Virus record (IMG/VR): IMGVR_UViG_3300043120_000090
Coordinates: 21,956-85,955 of that record
Length of the DNA stretch: 64,000 bases
Strand: one strand, 5' to 3'
From: a virus
Lineage: Duplodnaviria > Caudoviricetes
Part shown: one piece after another, positions 58,677 to 64,000 of the stretch
Layout of the letters: every line of letters starts with the position of its first letter
Position numbering within the stretch: position 1 is the stretch's first letter
The notes under the pieces: model-generated
Seen by the model: only the letters and a program-made list of their open reading frames with translations
What the model was told of the DNA's origin: nothing
Database searches by the model: none
Program-made: the position numbers and the translations under genes

Positions 58677-58692
58677 TGTGACCAGGCTCACA
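58677..58692. promoter_or_regulatory. CRP-site core
   Basis: TGTGA-CCAGGC-TCACA. Confidence 0.55.
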
Positions 58693-58728
58693 AAACGAAA
58701 AAATAGCTAACAGTATCTGCTAATAAAT

Positions 58729-58737
58729 TGTTATAAT
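58729..58737 (+). promoter_or_regulatory. Extended -10 promoter for the rightward pre-early operon
   Basis: TGtTATAAT about 33 nt upstream of ATG 58771. Confidence 0.6.
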
Positions 58738-58770
58738 GCTTTTAAAGCGTTATTTATGGGGGGTTATATA

Positions 58771-58908
58771 ATGGAATATCAACTAATAGCCGGTGGGTGT
58801 GGCGTGATCTCGATCGCTTTAAATACCGTCGGCTGTGTTATGCGCTGGCCGTTCCTTAACTGGCTCGGTGCAGTGTTTTTATTTGTTGCAATTTTACTAA
58901 TTTTTTAA
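58771..58908 (+). CDS. 45-aa hydrophobic membrane peptide (not in ORF track)
   Basis: MEYQLIAGGCGVISIALNTVGCVMRWPFLNWLGAVFLFVAILLIF; GGGGG SD; first gene of the rightward operon. Confidence 0.7.
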   Translation: MEYQLIAGGCGVISIALNTVGCVMRWPFLNWLGAVFLFVAILLIF

Positions 58909-58926
58909 ACCATGAGGATCGTAGAA

Positions 58927-59148
58927 ATGAAAATTAGATTATGGATAGATGCACTGGGCTGCCGGGATCAAGTGAATGATATTATGATCCCGCTAGTGGA
59001 TAGCGGGACTGCTACCTACCAAGACAGATTAGACATTTGTAATTTATCCAGCGATAAACTAGCTTTTAAGACTACGCTGGGCGCTATTGAGTTTGTGCTA
59101 CCACGGCTAATAATTGCGGGCGCAACTGTTACCATTTACTCAATATAA
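58927..59148 (+). CDS. Pre-early hypothetical protein
   Basis: GAGG SD favours the MKIRLW start. Confidence 0.7.
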   Translation: MKIRLWIDALGCRDQVNDIMIPLVDSGTATYQDRLDICNLSSDKLAFKTTLGAIEFVLPRLIIAGATVTIYSI

Positions 59149-59160
59149 GGAACTACTAAA

Positions 59161-59355
59161 ATGAAAAAATGTTATGTTATTTTAAGGGAGGATTTAGAAG
59201 CGGTAGAGGATCAGATTACTGTCTTACAAGCGGTGTTAGATCTAGGATTAGCTCAAAAAATAGTTGATGATCTAAATTATTTAGCTCAGGTAGACCCAGA
59301 TGATCAAGGTTATAATTATTACCTTAAAGAGTTAGAACTAATTAGAGGCGACTAA
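59161..59355 (+). CDS. Pre-early hypothetical protein
   Basis: AAGGA SD; followed by a terminator. Confidence 0.7.
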   Translation: MKKCYVILREDLEAVEDQITVLQAVLDLGLAQKIVDDLNYLAQVDPDDQGYNYYLKELELIRGD

Positions 59356-59363
59356 TATAAGTC

Positions 59364-59392
59364 AAAACCCCGTCCAGTGTGGCGGGTTTTTT
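59364..59392 (+). terminator. Terminator of the rightward pre-early operon
   Basis: AAAACCCCG...GCGGGTTTTTT hairpin with U-tract. Confidence 0.7.
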
Positions 59393-59669
59393 ATCACCCA
59401 TTTCCCAAACGCGAATGATTCTCATTCTCAACTGCGCCGCCCAGACTATTAGCAAAAGCTAATGAAATGGGTTACGGGCAGGTATATTAGCAAAAGCTAA
59501 TGTAATGGGTTACAGGCAGGCATATTAGCAGCCTCTAATATACGCTAACTGCCAGCCTATACCGTCCCAATCCCCTCCCAACTACTCCCCAACCCCAGCC
59601 GCAAAACGGCTGAAAATGGGGGTTTGGTGCCTTAAAATGCGAAAAAATGATACCCACAACATACTAACA

Positions 59670-59685
59670 CTGTATGTTTATACAG
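59670..59685. promoter_or_regulatory. LexA (SOS) box
   Basis: CTGTATGTTTATACAG, 14/16 to CTGTATATATATACAG. Confidence 0.65.
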
Positions 59686-59695
59686 TGGTTTTTTC

Positions 59696-59795
59696 TGTGG
59701 ATAACCTGTGGATAACGTCTTAAAATGCTCCCTAGGAACGCAATATTGGCACGGTTTTTGACTATCCACATACCCTGTGGATAACCTGTTGATAA
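59696..59795. promoter_or_regulatory. DnaA-box cluster 2
   Basis: TGTGGATAA at 59696, 59707, 59776; one-mismatch boxes at 59762 and 59787. Confidence 0.8.
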
Positions 59796-59855
59796 TGGTT
59801 GACGTTTACGTAAACGTCAATATTAGTTTTTGCTTACGTTTACGTAAAGGGAAAC

Positions 59856-59961
59856 ATTAGAATCAGCTAATTTAGCTCTATCTAATTAAGCTGAATCTAA
59901 TTGAGCTTAATCTAATTAAGCAAAGACTAATTAAGTTAGCGCTAATTTAGCTTTCGCTAAA
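59856..59961. repeat. 15-bp-period array of overlapping TTAG-N6-CTAAT units
   Basis: CTAATT at 59867, 82, 97, 59912, 27, 42. Confidence 0.85.
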
Positions 59962-60006
59962 CCGCGCCCCCGCACAAGTGCGAATCCGATGCAAATTTTT
60001 TGCTGC

Positions 60007-60095
60007 TAGTGCAAATCTGATAGTGCAAATCCGACTAGTGCAAAACCGACTAGTGCAAAACCGACTAGTGCAAAACCGACTAGTGCAAATCCGAT
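60007..60095 (+). repeat. Six tandem 15-bp repeats TAGTGCAAA(T/A)CCGAC
   Basis: Units at 60007, 21, 36, 51, 66, 81. Confidence 0.92.
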
Positions 60096-60292
60096 ATTAT
60101 TGCCAAAAATTTTTAAAATAGCGTATAGTCCTCCGGTACCTGCCGCTTTGCGGCAGAGTTCGGGGAGGTAGGGGTAGTATTGGCTGGGAGCGTGAGATTT
60201 TTGTAGTTTTGAAATTTTTGGCGGAAAAATTGAGATTTGGAGTAATTTTTGGAACGAAGTAGCCTCTCACTCCCCCTCTGTCGCAAGGCGAC

Positions 60293-60430
60293 AGAATTAA
60301 GTGGTAACAATTTGATTAATGAAGCTTATAATTACTTCAGAATTAAGCGGTAACAACTGAAATAATGAAGTATATAGTTATTCTAGAATTTAATGACTTC
60401 TAGAATTTAATGACTTCTAGAATTAATAAA
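60293..60430 (+). repeat. 46-bp then 17-bp tandem repeats (AGAATT-anchored)
   Basis: AGAATT at 60293, 60339, 60385, 60402, 60419. Confidence 0.75.
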
Positions 60431-60570
60431 ATAGGAAATATTTAATAGAATAATAATAATACCACTGGATTCTGTCGCGAAGCGACAGTGTTAGTGTGGG
60501 AAGTGAAATTTAGGCAATAAAAAAGGCTCTAGTAACAAAACTAGAGCCGGAATCTGAAATATTTTAGAGT

Positions 60571-60704
60571 AGTCTATTTTTTAAGGTAGTCTATTTTTAA
60601 GGTAGTCTATTTTAGCTTAATAAAGTCTATTTTTTAGAGTAGTCTATTTTTTAGAGTAGTCTATTTTTTAGAGTAGTCTATTTTAGCTTAATAAAGTCTA
60701 TTTT
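60571..60704 (+). repeat. Eight AGTCTATTTT repeats (16-20 bp period)
   Basis: Starts at 60571, 588, 604, 624, 641, 658, 675, 695. Confidence 0.9.
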
Positions 60705-60784
60705 TTCAAGTATAATTTTAAGTAGAAGCGAAACGAGTTAATATCCGTTGAGAAAAGCTCAATTTTTTTTTGTACTTAAAAAAT

Positions 60785-60977
60785 TTAGAAAATAAAATGC
60801 CTTAAATCTTACTTAAGGTAAGCGTGGGCTCTTAAGGTAGTGGGGGTAAAAAGCCTGAGTTAGCACAAGTAAGGGTGTATGAAACCCTAGATGCGAACTC
60901 GGAATTACCCGCTACCAGAGCCCACTTCGTTGGTGCAGTAATCCCTCCTAGTGGCTATCGCTCTCGCTCTAGCTCAC
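60785..60977 (-). ncRNA. Candidate structured small RNA
   Basis: Own promoter upstream, no ORF, about 100-nt rod-like hairpin (60824-60925), hairpin plus U-rich end. Confidence 0.5.
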
Positions 60978-60983
60978 TATATA

Positions 60984-61012
60984 ATTATATCCCCCTCCCC
61001 GATTTTTGTAAA
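60984..61012 (-). promoter_or_regulatory. Phage-type promoter driving the candidate ncRNA
   Basis: TTTACA-N17-TATAAT on the minus strand. Confidence 0.75.
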
Positions 61013-61013
61013 G

Positions 61014-62156
61014 CTACTTTTTTAGTTTCTTAATGGCGTTAGGCTTAAACCAGCAATATGATATAGCAACACCTGTACGGTGATAATATTCTAATGCTTG
61101 TTTTAAAGGATTATCATTAGTTACAGGAAGGTTGGCTGGTGGTATGTTTTCCTCTATATCCCTAATAGGCCAGGTGACTTCTGGGACTAAGTTTAAATCC
61201 TTAAATATCTTAATATATAGTTTGTATGTATCACCATTACGGTAGGTATTATCATAAGCTAGTGGTTTTGGAGTAACAAACAAATTATAGTAATCTGGAT
61301 TATTTTGCTGTTCCAGCATTTCTAATATTGAAAGTTTATCTCCCGCTTCTAATAACACCTGTATGTCCGAGTTTAACAAATAACCTGCTATAAACTTATA
61401 ATCTCCTTCTGATTTAAGTTCTAGAACTGTTGGGTTTGGTGTATCTGCATATATGAAGGATTCTTCTCTCAAAGGAATATACTCTTTTAATGGAACTATT
61501 GGTTCCAAACTCGCTTTATTAATAAATGCCTGTTTATACTCTCTAACCTTTTCTATATTCTTTCTAATAGAAAGCTCCATTGACTTCAATGTCTGCGGAT
61601 AGAATTGTTCCAATACTTCTAGTGGTACGGTTACTTTATCACTAGTATCATAAGTTACCTCGAAATCTACATTCTTAGCCTGACTTTGAAGCTCTTGCTC
61701 ATTTAAGACACTTTGTAACGCTAGGAATGAATTACTAGAGTTTTTAATAGGAAGTAACCAACAGGTTAGTGGTAGGACTGAATATTTTCGCTCAACATGT
61801 AAATGCTTATCTAACATCTTGATAGCATCTGACTGCTTAAATTCTTCATTGGAAAAGTCTAACTTAGTTCTAATATAGCTTATATTATTATACAAATTAG
61901 CTTCATTAGCCTTTGGGTCTAGCTTACTTAAGTTTGCTGTGGTTTTCCAATAACTGAGTATTCTAATTGGTTGTGAATTATCATTTAGGAATTTAACTCT
62001 ATCTACTTCTGTGACTTTCACATAAGTTTTTCTAGCCTCTTTACTATCTGAATCAATATATTTAGATAGAAAATCTAATTCCTCTTTGGTTGATATAATT
62101 CTTATTGGATCTTGAGTATTAAAAATGTAATCGTTAACTGATATTGTATTATCCAT
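61014..62156 (-). CDS. Early hypothetical protein (380 aa)
   Basis: Long ORF, AGGAG SD; no recognisable motif. Confidence 0.8.
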   Translation of the reverse strand: MDNTISVNDYIFNTQDPIRIISTKEELDFLSKYIDSDSKEARKTYVKVTEVDRVKFLNDNSQPIRILSYWKTTANLSKLDPKANEANLYNNISYIRTKLDFSNEEFKQSDAIKMLDKHLHVERKYSVLPLTCWLLPIKNSSNSFLALQSVLNEQELQSQAKNVDFEVTYDTSDKVTVPLEVLEQFYPQTLKSMELSIRKNIEKVREYKQAFINKASLEPIVPLKEYIPLREESFIYADTPNPTVLELKSEGDYKFIAGYLLNSDIQVLLEAGDKLSILEMLEQQNNPDYYNLFVTPKPLAYDNTYRNGDTYKLYIKIFKDLNLVPEVTWPIRDIEENIPPANLPVTNDNPLKQALEYYHRTGVAISYCWFKPNAIKKLKK

Positions 62157-62196
62157 ATTTCTCCTTTTAAAAAATTTATTGTGTAATTATAATAGC

Positions 62197-62226
62197 AAAA
62201 AACCACTTCTTAGGGAAGTGGTTTTT
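62197..62226. terminator. Bidirectional terminator
   Basis: AAAAAACCACTTC-TTAGG-GAAGTGGTTTTT. Confidence 0.85.
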
Positions 62227-62233
62227 CAAGGTT

Positions 62234-62587
62234 TTAATCAGTAATTTCAGTGCATTTAAATTGAGTACGAATGTATTTACCAACTATTGATGAAATAGTT
62301 GCTATAGCCACTGACTCAGACATACCATGATCCATTTTTTCTGGCAAAGCGACTGATAGTGAAGGCCATACAATGTTTACATAACCTTGATGATTAATAT
62401 CTATATGCATCTTAGATTCGTCAATTAATTTCTGTACTAGAGTAGATTCAATAAAGTAAGGGAACATTAAGATACATTCATTATATACTTCCTCTTTTGT
62501 ATCTTTTAAATCTAGTTCTAAATTGATAGGCATTACTGATGCTGCTAGATCAGTTAAAGGCTCTACTTTAAATACTTTATTTTTCAT
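62234..62587 (-). CDS. Early hypothetical protein
   Basis: Coupled ORF chain. Confidence 0.75.
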   Translation of the reverse strand: MKNKVFKVEPLTDLAASVMPINLELDLKDTKEEVYNECILMFPYFIESTLVQKLIDESKMHIDINHQGYVNIVWPSLSVALPEKMDHGMSESVAIATISSIVGKYIRTQFKCTEITD

Positions 62588-62994
62588 TATTCAACTTCTC
62601 TTTCTTCAAATGAGAAGTCAAAGTTCTCTGCCAGAAAAGAACAGATAATATTTTTAGCTTGATCATTAGTCATACTATCTTTAGCTATTGGGTCTGTAGA
62701 GATAATATACTTTTCTTCCTTAAATCCCATGTCTTCTTCATCTTTATCTTCATAAGTCTGAATGTAAACAATAGTACCTTCCTCATTAGCTACAAACTCA
62801 AGAATATTAAAATCCATATCAAATATTCGATGTGTTTCCTTAAATATATAATCCCAATCATTCTTACATTCAGTAGCTAATTCTTCTGATAATATACCAA
62901 CATTTATTGCCATTTTTGGTATAACAAAATTTTTCATAGCTTCAATACAATCTTCTTTAAGCTTAACTATGATTTTTAATTCAACTTCTTTCAT
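62587..62994 (-). CDS. Early hypothetical protein (acidic)
   Basis: Coupled ORF chain. Confidence 0.75.
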   Translation of the reverse strand: MKEVELKIIVKLKEDCIEAMKNFVIPKMAINVGILSEELATECKNDWDYIFKETHRIFDMDFNILEFVANEEGTIVYIQTYEDKDEEDMGFKEEKYIISTDPIAKDSMTNDQAKNIICSFLAENFDFSFEEREVE

Positions 62995-63275
62995 TTAGAG
63001 TTTTCCTTTAATTTTTGGATTGATTCATTAATATCTTCTAATAGTTCTTGAGCTTCATACATATAAACTATTGCTTCATTTAAATCTATAAGTTCCTGGA
63101 TTTCTACAGTTTTCTTATCTAGTTCATTAACAATATTAGCTTTTTCAGAATGTAATTCGCTACTTTTTTCAATATTTAATTCTTTTAACTTCCTTCTTAA
63201 ATCTATTAAGTCTTCCCTATCTTTTTTTAATTGAACAATTAAAGATTTAGTACTTATTTGAGATTTAAAATTCAT
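62991..63275 (-). CDS. Early coiled-coil hypothetical protein
   Basis: Heptad-like L/I pattern; ATGA overlaps. Confidence 0.75.
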   Translation of the reverse strand: MNFKSQISTKSLIVQLKKDREDLIDLRRKLKELNIEKSSELHSEKANIVNELDKKTVEIQELIDLNEAIVYMYEAQELLEDINESIQKLKENSK

Positions 63276-63601
63276 CTTAATAATTCCAATAAGGTATCCA
63301 TAGTTTGGAAGAACTTAATATCTTCTTCAATAGTTTCTTCCTTATTTTTCCAGACTTTCCAATCTGAGTGATAATCTTCTTCCCATTTATACCAACGTTT
63401 TTCTTCCCTGCTAAACTCAAAAACACTACCAAATCTTTTTATAGAATAACGTCTAAATAGTCTCCTAATACAAGCTTCCTGAACAATAGGTTCCGCAGAA
63501 CTAAATAAGTCAATTAAGTCAGAATCTGGTATATCTACAGTTATATTTGGATTTCTACCATATAGTGATATTTTTGCTTCCTTAGCTTCATATTTATTCA
63601 T
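63272..63601 (-). CDS. Early hypothetical protein
   Basis: Coupled ORF chain. Confidence 0.75.
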   Translation of the reverse strand: MNKYEAKEAKISLYGRNPNITVDIPDSDLIDLFSSAEPIVQEACIRRLFRRYSIKRFGSVFEFSREEKRWYKWEEDYHSDWKVWKNKEETIEEDIKFFQTMDTLLELLR

Positions 63602-63899
63602 TATCTTTATCCTTATATAATGGTTTATTTAACCAATTACTAGCATTTAGCTTTCTCATAGTATAAGAGATACCTTGTGATAGTTTCCTTGGTATGAACA
63701 TAAATATTAGAAGTGGCAAATGTTTTAGTTTATATATATTTTTATACTTCATGAAAGTTGGATAGTGGATACTTGTTAGTACAATATCCAGTGATTTGTT
63801 AGGATTTACAGGTTCAAATACTGTTATAACTATTGAAAGTATAGTAAAAGCCACTTGAAATATACACATTATAAGAATTAATGGGTAATCTAGTATCAT
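63594..63899 (-). CDS. Early membrane-anchored hypothetical protein
   Basis: Hydrophobic N-terminus YPLILIMCIFQVAFTILSIVITVF. Confidence 0.7.
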   Translation of the reverse strand: MILDYPLILIMCIFQVAFTILSIVITVFEPVNPNKSLDIVLTSIHYPTFMKYKNIYKLKHLPLLIFMFIPRKLSQGISYTMRKLNASNWLNKPLYKDKDNE

Positions 63900-64000
63900 T
63901 ATAAAACCTTACTTAAATAATTAATTGTTTGCCACATCATAGTCTCTACTTCATCATCAGTCATAGAGCCTAAATCATTAAAAATACCATAATTCTCTGG
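63899..64000 (-). CDS. 3' end of a CDS entering from the right edge
   Basis: PENYGIFNDLGSMTDDEVETMMWQTINYLSKVL*; stop overlaps the next ATG. Confidence 0.6.
   Translation of the reverse strand, partial: PENYGIFNDLGSMTDDEVETMMWQTINYLSKVL

Noticed and set aside
58803-58818. CRP-like CGTGATCTCGATCGCT
   Set aside because: 12/16 match inside the 45-aa ORF, explained by coding sequence and the GATC bias.
60113-60310. 65-aa minus-strand ORF
   Set aside because: No SD; it spans hairpin and repeat DNA.
59856-60704. Tandem arrays as a possible CRISPR or mini-array
   Set aside because: Units are 15-20 bp and abut without unique spacers; no cas genes are present.
62659-62880. 73-aa plus-strand ORF
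   Set aside because: Antisense shadow of 62587-62994.
1-64000. tRNA or rRNA genes, integrase, transposase
   Set aside because: None recognised; the T5-type tRNA cluster would lie outside this window.

Overview
Roughly 64 kb of a T5-like (Demerecviridae-type) lytic phage genome in T5 gene order. Left part (1-27.8 kb): nrdA (split by a group I intron and carrying a LAGLIDADG intein), phoH, origin-binding helicase, D2/D3/D5, split NAD+ ligase, DnaB-like helicase, primase, family A polymerase (intron with a Zn-ribbon PD-(D/E)xK endonuclease), D10 helicase (ORF-less intron in Walker A), D11-D15 and dUTPase. Middle (27.9-53.5 kb, minus strand): complete T5-like tail, head and packaging operon with no pb5/llp gene after terS. 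Right (about 53.7-61 kb): the GC-richer terminal-repeat / first-step-transfer (FST) region with dmp, A1, A2, small pre-early genes and a long non-coding injection-stop-like segment, followed by AT-rich early genes. The main discovery is in the FST DNA. It carries near-consensus sites for many different host DNA-binding proteins (parS/ParB, an ArcA-type 11-bp phased array, ten DnaA boxes, sigma54, FadR, CRP, Fur, LexA, LiuR). It also has a strong GATC excess in the pre-early genes, an unexplained ATTAG-N6-CTAAT operator family, 15-bp periodic arrays, a G-quadruplex motif and two candidate structured RNAs. This may be a host-chromosome-mimicry, roadblock or host-state-sensing system linked to two-step DNA injection. 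The motifs are directly visible; their function is inference. All counts and matches were made by hand and no database searches were run.
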